44,343 nucleotides of DNA from Lentisphaeria bacterium (GCA_032251435.1 JAVVEH010000036.1:1-44343), one strand, 5' to 3'. Shown: positions 9,269 to 18,187, counted from the stretch's first letter. The notes: generated from the letters alone by a model not told the origin. Numbers and translations: made by a program.

Positions 9269-10423
9269 ATGTTTCAGCGATTGCTCGCCCTGGATACAGG
9301 CGCCAGTTCGTTTCTTTTCGGTCCCCGGGGCACCGGGAAATCATATTGGCTGCATCATATCCATGCCGACGCTCTGTGCATCGACCTGCTGGAGTCCGAC
9401 ACATACACCCAGTTGCTGGCGGATCCTTCCCGCCTCCGGAATCTCGTTCCTCCCCACGTGAACCTGGTTGTCATTGACGAAGTGCAGCGGGTGCCTGATC
9501 TTCTGCATGAGGTCCACCGGCTTATCGAGCGGCAGGGGACACGCTTCATCCTGACCGGTTCGAGCGCCCGTAAGCTCCGTCGGCCCTCATCCGATCTTCT
9601 GGCTGGACGGGCCTTGCTGAACACCATGCATCCATTGGTGCCGGAGGAGCTTGGCGAGGCCTTCGATATGGCAAAGGCCCTGCGGGTCGGTCTACTTCCG
9701 GCGCTTTACGACCCGAAGCGGGGGGGGCTTGTCGCCGAGCATTATCTGTCCTCTTATGTTCAGGCGTATCTGCGGGAAGAAGTACTACAAGAAGGACTGA
9801 CCCGTAATCTGGCGGCCTTTTCGCGTTTTCTAGAGGCGGCGAGTTTTTCCCAGGGTAACGTCCTTAATATGGCTGAAGTCGCCCGTGAATGCGCGGTGGG
9901 AAGCAAAGTCGTCGCCAGCTATTTTGACATTCTTGAAGATTTGCTCATCGGTGTCCGCCTGCCCGCGTTCACCCGCCGGGCTCGGCGGCGGGTCGTGCAG
10001 CATCCAAAATTCTATTTTTTCGATTGCGGGGTCTACAGAACCATCCGCCCGAGAGGGCCGTTGGACACCCCCGAGGAAACAGACGGGGCGGCCCTCGAAA
10101 CCCTGGTTTTTCAAGTAATCCGGGCGACCGTGGATGCCCTGCGGCTACCCTTTTCACTTTACTTCTGGCGGACGGTGTCCGGCGCGGAAGTTGATTTTGT
10201 CCTTTACGGAGAAGGAGGGCTGATTGCTATTGAGGTCAAACGGAAACGGACGCTGGGGGGCAACGACTTGGCCGGGCTGAAATCATTCAAGGATGAATAC
10301 CCCATGGCCCGCTGCGTCGTTTTGGCAAATACAGCCCGACGGGAAGCCATTGGCCCGATCGAGGTCATCCCGATCGGAGACGCTCTGGCACATCTCCGCG
10401 AAATTCTCGTGCCAGTTCAATAG
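9269..10423 (+). CDS. AAA+ superfamily ATPase, COG1373-like (AAA_14 + DUF4143-type C-terminal domain)
   Basis: 384 aa. P-loop FGPRGTGKSYWL near the N-terminus, Walker B LVVIDEVQR, C-terminal region typical of DUF4143 ATPases. AT-rich 80-bp upstream leader contrasts with the surrounding GC-rich DNA. Confidence 0.85.
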   Translation: MFQRLLALDTGASSFLFGPRGTGKSYWLHHIHADALCIDLLESDTYTQLLADPSRLRNLVPPHVNLVVIDEVQRVPDLLHEVHRLIERQGTRFILTGSSARKLRRPSSDLLAGRALLNTMHPLVPEELGEAFDMAKALRVGLLPALYDPKRGGLVAEHYLSSYVQAYLREEVLQEGLTRNLAAFSRFLEAASFSQGNVLNMAEVARECAVGSKVVASYFDILEDLLIGVRLPAFTRRARRRVVQHPKFYFFDCGVYRTIRPRGPLDTPEETDGAALETLVFQVIRATVDALRLPFSLYFWRTVSGAEVDFVLYGEGGLIAIEVKRKRTLGGNDLAGLKSFKDEYPMARCVVLANTARREAIGPIEVIPIGDALAHLREILVPVQ

Positions 10424-10442
10424 GGGGCTTCAGCCCTGAAAT

Positions 10443-10500
10443 CCCCCCACATTTCGAACATTACCCATTTTTCGGCAATGTCCGAAAAGTGGGGGGGGGG
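10443..10500. terminator. long imperfect hairpin ending in G10 homopolymer, just 3' of the ATPase gene
   Basis: CCCCCCACATTTCGAACATTACCCA / TTCGGCAATGTCCGAAAAGTGGGGGGGGGG form a roughly 25-bp imperfect stem with a tiny loop. G10 run at 10491-10500, C6 run at 10443-10448. Confidence 0.4.
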
Positions 10501-10545
10501 ATGAGAAATGTGTGTCTTTTTAACCCCAAGGGGGTGGAATGAAAT

Positions 10546-10777
10546 AGGGGGCTGTCCCAGAATATACGAAAACGTGTTTTCCATAGCCCTGGAAGGGCGG
10601 CATCATCGTAGCCCCGAGCTCCGTGCCCGGGCTGAAAGATCAATGACTAATGTGTCCCTCCAGGACACATAAATCATTTTTCCGAGTCCCCAGGCTTCAC
10701 CTGGGGCTACGTTGAATTTGCCCCTCCGGGGCGCAAAGCTGTCTCCGCATCCATTTCTGGGACAGCCCCCTATATCC
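10546..10777. repeat. TIR-bounded small element (MITE-like), copy 1
   Basis: Perfect 18-bp inverted termini TAGGGGGCTGTCCCAGAA (10546-10563) and TTCTGGGACAGCCCCCTA (10757-10774). The interior is full of short GC hairpins (TGTGTCCCTCCAGGACACA, CCCCAGGCTTCACCTGGGG, GCCCCTCCGGGGC). The terminal core GGCTGTCCCRGAA is shared with 16472-16617. Confidence 0.55.
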
Positions 10778-10845
10778 CGTCGCCCCGGTGGGGCTAAAAA
10801 TGCGCATGACCCAGGCCGACAGGAAAAGGCCAAGTTAAAAACTGT

Positions 10846-11140
10846 CATGATCCAGGGTTGAGGCAACCCCGGGCTACATGACATAACGCCCTTGGCGTAA
10901 AACTTGGACCGATTTCTGTCTGTCCGCCTTTATCCCGCCGCAGGCAGGGGAGACATGACGCCCGGGTCGGGCGGCTCCAACGACCCCGCAGACAGCAGTC
11001 GTCGCGGAGCGCGCAAGGCGCTTCAACGATTTCAACGATTTCAACGATTTCAACGATTTCAACGATTTCAACGACTTCAACGATTTCAACGATTTCAACG
11101 ATTTCAACGTCTTTAACGTCTTTAACGTCTTTAACGCCTT
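10846..11140. repeat. direct repeat copy B flanking the ATPase islet (same unit as 8954-9186) with expanded 9-bp tandem array
   Basis: About 150 bp nearly identical to copy A (single-base indels only), followed by about 13 units of CTTCAACGA/TTTCAACGA/TCTTTAACG 9-mers (11021-11140). The array abuts the stop codon of the downstream aldo/keto reductase gene. Confidence 0.75.
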
Positions 11141-12259
11141 TTACGCCTTCAATGCTTCATGGGCTTCCCGGAGGCGTTCCCGAACGGGAAAATTCTGGGG
11201 GCATTTTGTCTCACAAGCGCCGCAATCCACACAGGCATCCGCCTGTTTTGCAGGACTATTCGGATTTTTTCCAATCCGCTGATAGGCATTCTTACTGGAT
11301 TCCCACAGTCCGTAAATCCGGGCTTTGTTATACAAATCGAAAATCCGGGCGATGGGGATATTCTGGGGACATGGCATACAATACTGACAGCCCGTGCAAT
11401 ACAAGTCCGCCATTTTTTTGAGTTTTTCCAAATGCGCCTCAATCGCCTCCTGGTCCGCGTCGGAGAGCGGCTCGGGGTCCGCGCATGTGCGGAGATTGTC
11501 AATCACCTGTTCCATGGTGCTCATGCCGGACAACGCGACATCGACATTTGGGTTCGCCAAGACGAAACGCATAGCCAGTTCCGGCACCGGGGTCCGGTGT
11601 GACAACGCGTCTTGCAACGCCTCGCTGGGCTCGCCTAACCGTCCGCCGCCGACGGGTCCCATGACCACCACGCCCATCCCCTTGGCTTTCGCATGGGCGA
11701 TTCCCTCTTCCATTTGGCGGTCGAGCATATTGTACTGCACCGTCACAGATTCATAAAATCCCGTGTCCACCAACTTGATCAACGCGTCATTGTTGTCATG
11801 AAACGAGGTGCAGATATGACGAATCATTCCCTGCTCTTTCGCCTTCATCAGCCATTTTGACACATGCGGCTCAACCCGCTCGCAATAGTTTTTCCAATTC
11901 ACGCCGTGGGTGTTGTAGATATCGATATAATCCGTTCCCAACCGTTCCAGACTATTCTCCAGATGGGTCCACCATTGTTTCTCGTCATCATAGCAGTGGT
12001 TTTTTGTGGAGACGACAATTTTATCCCGCCAGCCCTTCAAGGCCTCCCCCACCACACGTTGACTGTCTTGATGGCAATATCCCACCGCGGTGTCGATATA
12101 GGTCATCCCATTTTCAAACGCCTTATGGATCATGGGAATCGCCAAGTCGCGGTTAATGTGTTTTTCCCCGTCATCTCCATCCACCATAGGCAGGCGCATA
12201 GCGCCGAAACCCAACCGTGAAACCCTTAATCCTGTCCGCCCGAGTATACTGTAGCGCAT
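11141..12259 (-). CDS. aldo/keto reductase with C-terminal 4Fe-4S ferredoxin domain
   Basis: 372 aa. N-terminus MRYSILGRTGLRVSRLGFGAMRL is typical of AKR family members. C-terminal Cys motifs CTGCQYCMPCPQ and CVDCGACETKCPQ indicate an Fe-S cluster domain. Confidence 0.85.
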   Translation of the reverse strand: MRYSILGRTGLRVSRLGFGAMRLPMVDGDDGEKHINRDLAIPMIHKAFENGMTYIDTAVGYCHQDSQRVVGEALKGWRDKIVVSTKNHCYDDEKQWWTHLENSLERLGTDYIDIYNTHGVNWKNYCERVEPHVSKWLMKAKEQGMIRHICTSFHDNNDALIKLVDTGFYESVTVQYNMLDRQMEEGIAHAKAKGMGVVVMGPVGGGRLGEPSEALQDALSHRTPVPELAMRFVLANPNVDVALSGMSTMEQVIDNLRTCADPEPLSDADQEAIEAHLEKLKKMADLYCTGCQYCMPCPQNIPIARIFDLYNKARIYGLWESSKNAYQRIGKNPNSPAKQADACVDCGACETKCPQNFPVRERLREAHEALKA

Positions 12260-12272
12260 GCCTTTAAACCCT

Positions 12273-13013
12273 TTATTCCACCGTAGCGGGTGTTTTTTTC
12301 CGAACCTTCACCACCAGTTGCTGGTCCACCACGGTCACGCTTTCGAGATGACTGGCCAGATCCTGCAAGGCCGGCGCCGCCAGCACCTTCTCTTTAAACG
12401 CGTCACCCTTCAACTTATTCCGCACAAAGGCCGGAATATCATGACCGTTCAGCTTCGTTTCCGTCAGTGTGACATCCACCCCGTTGTCATTCTCATCGAA
12501 GGCGAAAACCATCTGACCGGTCAAGTGCCGACCCTTAAATCCCGGAATTCCCGTCAAGGGCAATGTGTAGGCGATGCTTAAGTGCTCGTCCAGACTGATA
12601 TCGGCCTGGCCTTTCCAATTAACCGTTTGGATGTTTTTCTGGAGCAAGGCGTTCAATTCTCTTTCCGAGAAAACGATGGTCATCGCGCCGTTGGCTTTAA
12701 TCGCGGCCCGCAGAGCGTCAACACGTTTGACCGCCTGTTCGGTCAGGGCGGTGGAGGCTCGGTAATTCCGGACATATCCTGGTTTGCCGCTGGTATAATA
12801 ATTCCGGAACTGATACAGGGCGCAGGCGACACCCACAATCACCAACAAAAACAACAAAATGACTGTTCGGCAGCCGCTTCTTCCCTCACCATCGGCGTTT
12901 TTGCGCCGGGCTTTTCCTTTTTCCGGCCCGGCACCGATGTTGAAAGCCTGATACCTTCCGTCTCCCCTCGCGGCGGCTTCTTCCTCTTTCCGTTTAATTT
13001 TCACCATAGCCAT
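12273..13013 (-). CDS. hypothetical single-pass membrane protein
   Basis: 246 aa. Charged N-terminus then one TM helix (VILLFLLVIVGVACALY), no recognised domain. 13 bp upstream of the AKR gene on the same strand, so likely co-transcribed. Confidence 0.55.
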   Translation of the reverse strand: MAMVKIKRKEEEAAARGDGRYQAFNIGAGPEKGKARRKNADGEGRSGCRTVILLFLLVIVGVACALYQFRNYYTSGKPGYVRNYRASTALTEQAVKRVDALRAAIKANGAMTIVFSERELNALLQKNIQTVNWKGQADISLDEHLSIAYTLPLTGIPGFKGRHLTGQMVFAFDENDNGVDVTLTETKLNGHDIPAFVRNKLKGDAFKEKVLAAPALQDLASHLESVTVVDQQLVVKVRKKTPATVE

Positions 13014-13107
13014 GATTGATCTCCTTTACAACTGATCGGGATTTAAGACCCGGACCGTGAATAACAGCGGGGACGCGCGCCCTCAGCCGAGTGTTCACAT
13101 CCGCGTC

Positions 13108-14820
13108 TCACCCACAGGTTTTCCGCCACCTGACGATGGTGTTACCCACCACCAGAAGAGATAGTATCAGCAAGGCCAGGCAAATCAAACCAATCAGCGC
13201 CTGACCGCCTTCATTCAACATATTCGTTTTCACCAATTGCGCAAGTCCGACAAGCGTGGTTGCGAACATAAACACCATCGGCAACCCGGCGAACCACCGC
13301 GGCCGTTTTTCTTTGCCCAACCAGATAAAAACCACCAGTAAGGCCAATGCGGCCAGCAATTGATTCGTTGTCCCGAAAGCTGGCCAAATCGCCTGCCACG
13401 CCGGCAGAAACGTCCCGGGCACTGCCCGGTTTGGCATGCGGATAAACACAATCACCGCTGGCAAGGCAATGGTAAGCGCTGTCGTCACATACCGCCAGGC
13501 TGGTTTCTTCAGATTCAGCAGCTCCGCCAGAATAAACCGGGCCAGCCGGGTGGCCGTATCCAAGGTCGTCAACAAAAATGTGCTGACCGCCAGCAGGCCG
13601 AAGAGTTCGCCGGCGGGCGGCGTAATATGGAACACACTTAAAAACCGCCCCATTCCCGCCGCGAACACCTTCACCGGGTGCGCTTTAAGTAAGGGATCGC
13701 CCGCCGGCAACAGCATGACGGCGCTGACCGCCACCAAGGCCAGAACACCTTCCACCAGCATACCACCGTAAGCGATCGGCTTCGCGTCCTCTTCCCGATT
13801 CAGTTGCCGGGCGCTGGTGCCCGACGCCACCACCGAATGAAAGCCGCTGACCGCTCCACAAGCGACTGTGATAAACAAGGTCGGGAAGATAAATACGCTT
13901 TTCCCGCCAACCTCCGCTGTCATCCGCCACGCTGACTGCTGAATGTCCGCTTGGCCAGTCAATGCCAAGACGACAATGCCGGCCACTCCCCCGAGCAGGC
14001 AACCGTACAAGAGAAAACTGGACAGATAGTCCCGGGGTTGCAGCAACACCCACACCGGTGTCACGGAGGCGGCGAAACAATAAGCCAGCAGGATCACCGC
14101 CCACGTGTATTTGGGGTGATCATAAAAGACCGCGGGAACAAAGCGGGGGGACATCGGCATTTTGACCCCGACCCACATGGCGGCGAAAATCAGGGGGACA
14201 AACACGCACGTGGCCGTTTTAAAATTAACCTTGCCTGACCGCGTCACCAATCCGAACCCCACGGCGAGAAGCACATAAATAAGCGACGATGTCGCCACCG
14301 CGCCCCCTCTGTCACAGGCTACCGCATCCGTCAGATTAGCCGGTGCGAAGGTCGCGGCGGTCAGATCTAAAAAGACAATCAACACGTACACCAGAGTGAA
14401 GAAGATGAAGATCAGGAAGGCCCGGTAGGTCAAAGGATTGAGGTGTTTTTTACAGATTTCACCGATGCTGCCCCCGCCATGGCGGATACTGGCGATCAGC
14501 GACGCGTAATCATGAACACCGCCAATCAGCACCGCTCCGAAAAGAATCCACAGCACCGTGGGTTGCCAACCGAACCAGATAGCCGCGAGGACGGGTCCGA
14601 CAATGGGCCCGGCCCCGGCGATCGAGCTGAAGTGATGGCCAAACAGCACCGGGGCGTGCGCCGGCACAAAATCCACCCCGTCGTTCACATCATGGGCGGG
14701 GGTCGGGCGACCGGGTTCCACGCCCAGCCACCGACTCAAACAGCGCCCGTAGAAGATATAACCCACGCCTAACACCAGGCACCCAGCAATAAATATTACC
14801 GCGATCATGGAGTCAATCAC
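13108..14820 (-). CDS. cstA: carbon starvation protein A family transporter
   Basis: 570 aa, polytopic. Conserved CstA N-terminal block FGHHFSSIAGAGPIVGPVLAA...GGVHDYASL. Confidence 0.9.
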   Translation of the reverse strand: MIDSMIAVIFIAGCLVLGVGYIFYGRCLSRWLGVEPGRPTPAHDVNDGVDFVPAHAPVLFGHHFSSIAGAGPIVGPVLAAIWFGWQPTVLWILFGAVLIGGVHDYASLIASIRHGGGSIGEICKKHLNPLTYRAFLIFIFFTLVYVLIVFLDLTAATFAPANLTDAVACDRGGAVATSSLIYVLLAVGFGLVTRSGKVNFKTATCVFVPLIFAAMWVGVKMPMSPRFVPAVFYDHPKYTWAVILLAYCFAASVTPVWVLLQPRDYLSSFLLYGCLLGGVAGIVVLALTGQADIQQSAWRMTAEVGGKSVFIFPTLFITVACGAVSGFHSVVASGTSARQLNREEDAKPIAYGGMLVEGVLALVAVSAVMLLPAGDPLLKAHPVKVFAAGMGRFLSVFHITPPAGELFGLLAVSTFLLTTLDTATRLARFILAELLNLKKPAWRYVTTALTIALPAVIVFIRMPNRAVPGTFLPAWQAIWPAFGTTNQLLAALALLVVFIWLGKEKRPRWFAGLPMVFMFATTLVGLAQLVKTNMLNEGGQALIGLICLALLILSLLVVGNTIVRWRKTCG

Positions 14821-14914
14821 TTTCTCTTACACACAGACCTTATTGATGTCACGACAAGACCCTTCGAGCAATCTGAGGGTAGTATAAACCATCGGCGGAA
14901 TATCCGCAATGGCA

Positions 14915-16180
14915 TCAAACAGCGGTGATGTCAAGATCGAATCCAAACCGGCCCAGGTCTTTCCCCCATCCGCGGATATCGCGGCTCAAAGATCCGCGCC
15001 AGACACCGGGACGGATCTCCGCCAATTGAATCTGCCCGCCCGTCACCCCTCGTTCCCGGGCCGCCACCCCTTCCGGCAACAGGGACACCGCCCCGTCAAA
15101 CTGAAATAAAACCAGGGTTTCAGGGCTGAATTGAGTGATCAAGTCGCCATAACTCCGACCAGTCTTTTCGATGACGCTGGCCGCTTGCTTCATCTCCGGA
15201 TCCAGGCTGCCGACGAATTGGGAACCCGCCCGGATCAAATCCACAACGGGTTCCAAAAGAGCCTGATCGGGTTGCAGGCTGAAACTCAATGTCAGAGGAA
15301 TCACTCGCCGGTCCATGGTTTTAGCCGAAGCGATCCGGAACAATTCGCACGTATCCCAATGCACGGTGTCGGGCAACGATTTAACCGGCAGCGCCACGCC
15401 ATTCCGGTGACGGCCGCTGGCGGCGCTAAAGACCCATCGCGTTATCCTCTTTTTCATCCGCAACCAGTCCTGAACCGTGTATGCCTGTCGTTGATACCCC
15501 TTTCCGGTCACCCGCCCGCGCCGGATGGAAATCTTTTTTTCCGTCCATTCAAACCAAGGCTTGTTTATCCTCACCCCCACCATGCTATGGGTGTCTCTCA
15601 CGCCAAAATCTTCCACCGTCAAGACCACCCGGGCCAGCGGTTGATCGGCCGCGCCGCCCAAGGTGAGCTCTATCGTCGCCGCATGATCGAAGGGGGCTTC
15701 AACCACGGTAAATCCAACAGCTTCGTCATCATCATCCGCGCATTTCGCCAGGACGGCTAAAAACGCTCCGACCGCCCGGGAACCATATTCAGCCGGATCC
15801 ACACCCGCCGTACCGAGCACTTTCGCCGCGGCATCCGCGAACTGACTCCCCTTAAGCATCGCGTCACGCGCTTTTTTATCCGACTCCACCACCCGTATGG
15901 CGACGGGCAACGGGCCGGGACAGGGGCCGAGGAAAGCGATCTGATCGGCGCCGGAAACATCCACGCTCCCGGTGCCGGAGTAAGGAAACAAACTGGATTG
16001 TCCGGCGATGGACAGACTGATGAATCCTTCCCGTCTCCCGGTTAAATCCTTTGATCTGAACTGGCGGGTGTCCACCCGCATGGATGTCACCGACACCGCC
16101 ACCAGGTGTTTGCGGCTGATCGCGCCCCCGGAACTTCGGACAATCGCTTGGATTTGGCCTGCCAAAGAGAGTCGTTTCAT
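14915..16180 (-). CDS. conserved hypothetical protein (421 aa), upstream of cstA
   Basis: Long ORF with non-repetitive, soluble-looking composition. No motif I can assign. Same strand as cstA, 94 bp gap. Confidence 0.55.
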   Translation of the reverse strand: MKRLSLAGQIQAIVRSSGGAISRKHLVAVSVTSMRVDTRQFRSKDLTGRREGFISLSIAGQSSLFPYSGTGSVDVSGADQIAFLGPCPGPLPVAIRVVESDKKARDAMLKGSQFADAAAKVLGTAGVDPAEYGSRAVGAFLAVLAKCADDDDEAVGFTVVEAPFDHAATIELTLGGAADQPLARVVLTVEDFGVRDTHSMVGVRINKPWFEWTEKKISIRRGRVTGKGYQRQAYTVQDWLRMKKRITRWVFSAASGRHRNGVALPVKSLPDTVHWDTCELFRIASAKTMDRRVIPLTLSFSLQPDQALLEPVVDLIRAGSQFVGSLDPEMKQAASVIEKTGRSYGDLITQFSPETLVLFQFDGAVSLLPEGVAARERGVTGGQIQLAEIRPGVWRGSLSRDIRGWGKDLGRFGFDLDITAV

Positions 16181-16304
16181 ATGCGGACCGTCCTATGGAA
16201 TCTGTTCGAACTCTTTCGTCAGGGATTCAAATGTGGAGTCGCCGACGAAGGACGCTGACATCACCAGGCCGGATTCCAATTTGTTTTCAACATGATTGAA
16301 TCAA

Positions 16305-16368
16305 TTAAGGCGAATGATTAGGAAAAAAGATTAAGGTTATGCGGATTTACCCTAATCATTCGCCTTAA
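16305..16368. promoter_or_regulatory. perfect 18-bp stem hairpin / palindromic operator-like site in divergent intergenic region
   Basis: TTAAGGCGAATGATTAGG (16305-16322) and CCTAATCATTCGCCTTAA (16351-16368) are exact reverse complements separated by 28 nt. The stretch is AT-rich relative to its surroundings. It lies between the divergent hypothetical 421-aa gene and queE. Confidence 0.5.
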
Positions 16369-16471
16369 GGTAATTCAACGCGGCATGGAGTCAAGAGATG
16401 TTCACCGAGACAGAATATGGTTCTTCTCATTATGCGGATCAACGCGTCAGCCTATCACGAATCACACGTCA

Positions 16472-16617
16472 ATCGGGCTGTCCCGGAAATGCCGGGGTCG
16501 CGATTTTTTGCAACTCCAGGGGCGCCCTCCATGTGGAGGGCTCCGCGTGCGGGACACCCGCGGCCACATCAACGCCCCCGAAACGAGGGAGAAAAAGTAT
16601 TTCCGGGACAGCCCGAT
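16472..16617. repeat. TIR-bounded small element (MITE-like), copy 2, in queE 5' leader
   Basis: Perfect 19-bp inverted termini ATCGGGCTGTCCCGGAAAT (16472-16490) and ATTTCCGGGACAGCCCGAT (16599-16617) flank 108 bp containing the hairpin GCGCCCTCCATGTGGAGGGCTCCGC. It ends about 118 nt upstream of the queE start. Confidence 0.55.
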
Positions 16618-16734
16618 CACTGGTTTTCGCCTTGACATCAGCATGTGTCCGGGTTATCTTCCCGCCGGTGTTTGGAAAAGTCAGCCCCTTTTCCCGCTTT
16701 TCACCCCGCCCTGATCGTTAAACCCGGACAGTTG

Positions 16735-17499
16735 ATGAACAAGCCTAAAGAAACAACAGCTTTCGTGAGCGAAATTTTCAGCTCTGTTCAGGGCGAGGGT
16801 GTCAATATCGGCCGACGGCAGTTGTTCGCGCGCTTTTGTGACTGTCATCGTGACTGCGTTTATTGCGACACACCCGTCATGCGGACAGACACGGCCGCGG
16901 TCGAACGGGAACCGGGCAGCGGCGTATTCGAGCAGGTGCCCAATCCGCTGTCCCCTTCATCGCTTGTGGACATTCTCCAGTCGTTCAATCAAGCGGCGTT
17001 GGCTCATGACGACATCTTTATCACAGGGGGAGAACCCCTGCTGCATGTCGACTTTCTGGCCCTCGCGCTGCCGCCGCTGGTCAAAAGGGTCCGCCTGCCG
17101 ATACACCTTGAAACCAGCGGCGACCTTCCCGAAGCCTACCGCCGGATTGCTCATCACATTGACCACACCCTGATGGATATCAAACTGCCCAGCGTCACCG
17201 GCGAGCGGGAGACCTGGAATCTTCATAAGCGCTTCATGGCCGCCATCCAATCCGCTGTCACCATCAAATTGGTCGTCAGCGCTGACACCACAGCCGAAGA
17301 TCTGGCCACGGCGGCCGGACTAATCGCCGCGTCCAAACCCAACGCCCATGTCGTTCTACAGCCGATGACGGCCGCGCTCCGCACCGACCGGGTTCCCAGT
17401 CCCCGGCAAATTCTCACCTGGCAATCGGAGATGGCGCTGGCCATCGGCGCCCCGGTACGCGTGATCCCGCAATGTCACAAACTGATGGGGCTCCTGTAA
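16735..17499 (+). CDS. queE: 7-carboxy-7-deazaguanine synthase (radical SAM)
   Basis: The internal start [22 protein letters not shown] matches the QueE N-terminus. Cluster-binding [13 protein letters not shown] is present. The longer ORF from 16645 is rejected as upstream extension. First gene of queE-queC-queD. Confidence 0.85.
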   Translation: MNKPKETTAFVSEIFSSVQGEGVNIGRRQLFARFCDCHRDCVYCDTPVMRTDTAAVEREPGSGVFEQVPNPLSPSSLVDILQSFNQAALAHDDIFITGGEPLLHVDFLALALPPLVKRVRLPIHLETSGDLPEAYRRIAHHIDHTLMDIKLPSVTGERETWNLHKRFMAAIQSAVTIKLVVSADTTAEDLATAAGLIAASKPNAHVVLQPMTAALRTDRVPSPRQILTWQSEMALAIGAPVRVIPQCHKLMGLL

Positions 17500-18176
17500 T
17501 GAAAAAGGCTGTCGTGTTACTAAGCGGGGGGCTTGATTCCGCCACAGCGCTGGCCATTGCCGGCCGGGACGGCTTCACATGTCACGCTCTGTCCTTCCAA
17601 TACGGCCAACGCCACACCATTGAACTGACCTGCGCCAGGCGGATCGCTGAAGCCATGAGGGTGGCCGAACACCGCATGGTGACAATTGATTTGGGCGCTT
17701 TCGGCGGCTCGGCGCTGACTGATCCCGCTATTGACGTTCCGCATTCGCCGGGGGCGGACCATGACATCCCGGTCACCTACGTTCCGGCGCGTAACACGAT
17801 TTTTCTGTCCTACGCGCTGGCCTGGGCCGAGGTGCTTGGCTGCGTGGATATTTTCATCGGTGTCAACGCGCTTGACTACAGCGGCTACCCCGACTGCCGT
17901 CCCGAGTACATCACCGCCTACGAAACCATGGCCAACCTGGCCACCAAAGCCGGCGTGACCGGGACCGAGCGATTAACCATTCACACCCCGCTCATCGACT
18001 GGACGAAAGCCCAAATCATTCAAAAAGGTTTGGAACTCGGCGTGGATTACGGGATGACATCAAGTTGTTACGACCCCGCCCCTGATGGAAAAGCCTGCGG
18101 CACCTGCGACTCGTGCCGCCTGCGACTTAAAGGATTTAAAGAAGCCGGCGCGACCGACCCGCGCCGTTATGCCTGA
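17499..18176 (+). CDS. queC: 7-cyano-7-deazaguanine synthase
   Basis: [21 protein letters not shown]-loop motif. C-terminal zinc Cys cluster [10 protein letters not shown]. The start overlaps the queE stop (TAATG). A longer in-frame start at 17472 is possible. Confidence 0.85.
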   Translation: MKKAVVLLSGGLDSATALAIAGRDGFTCHALSFQYGQRHTIELTCARRIAEAMRVAEHRMVTIDLGAFGGSALTDPAIDVPHSPGADHDIPVTYVPARNTIFLSYALAWAEVLGCVDIFIGVNALDYSGYPDCRPEYITAYETMANLATKAGVTGTERLTIHTPLIDWTKAQIIQKGLELGVDYGMTSSCYDPAPDGKACGTCDSCRLRLKGFKEAGATDPRRYA

Positions 18177-18187
18177 GGAAAGAAACC

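Noticed and set aside
10874-11107. Minus-strand ORF encoding M(KSL)9... inside the 9-bp repeat array, and its counterpart 8930-9154
   Set aside because: The two copies share DNA but are frameshifted relative to each other by a 1-bp indel, so the downstream peptide is not conserved. The repeat is more likely non-coding.
11021-11140. CRISPR array
   Set aside because: The 9-bp units are contiguous with no spacers. The 32-bp duplication at 44145/44185 has only two copies and an 8-bp gap. There are no cas genes.
16385-16721. Three overlapping +strand ORFs (about 107-109 aa) in the queE leader
   Set aside because: They overlap one another in different frames and coincide with the TIR element and hairpins. 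No ribosome-binding site is evident. The real queE start is at 16735.
16560-16734. Possible preQ1-I riboswitch directly upstream of queE
   Set aside because: I looked for a 5-bp hairpin followed by CCC and an AAAAAACUA-like tail. The only A-rich stretch (GAGGGAGAAAAAGTA) lacks a convincing flanking stem and pseudoknot partners. Not supportable without a covariance-model search.
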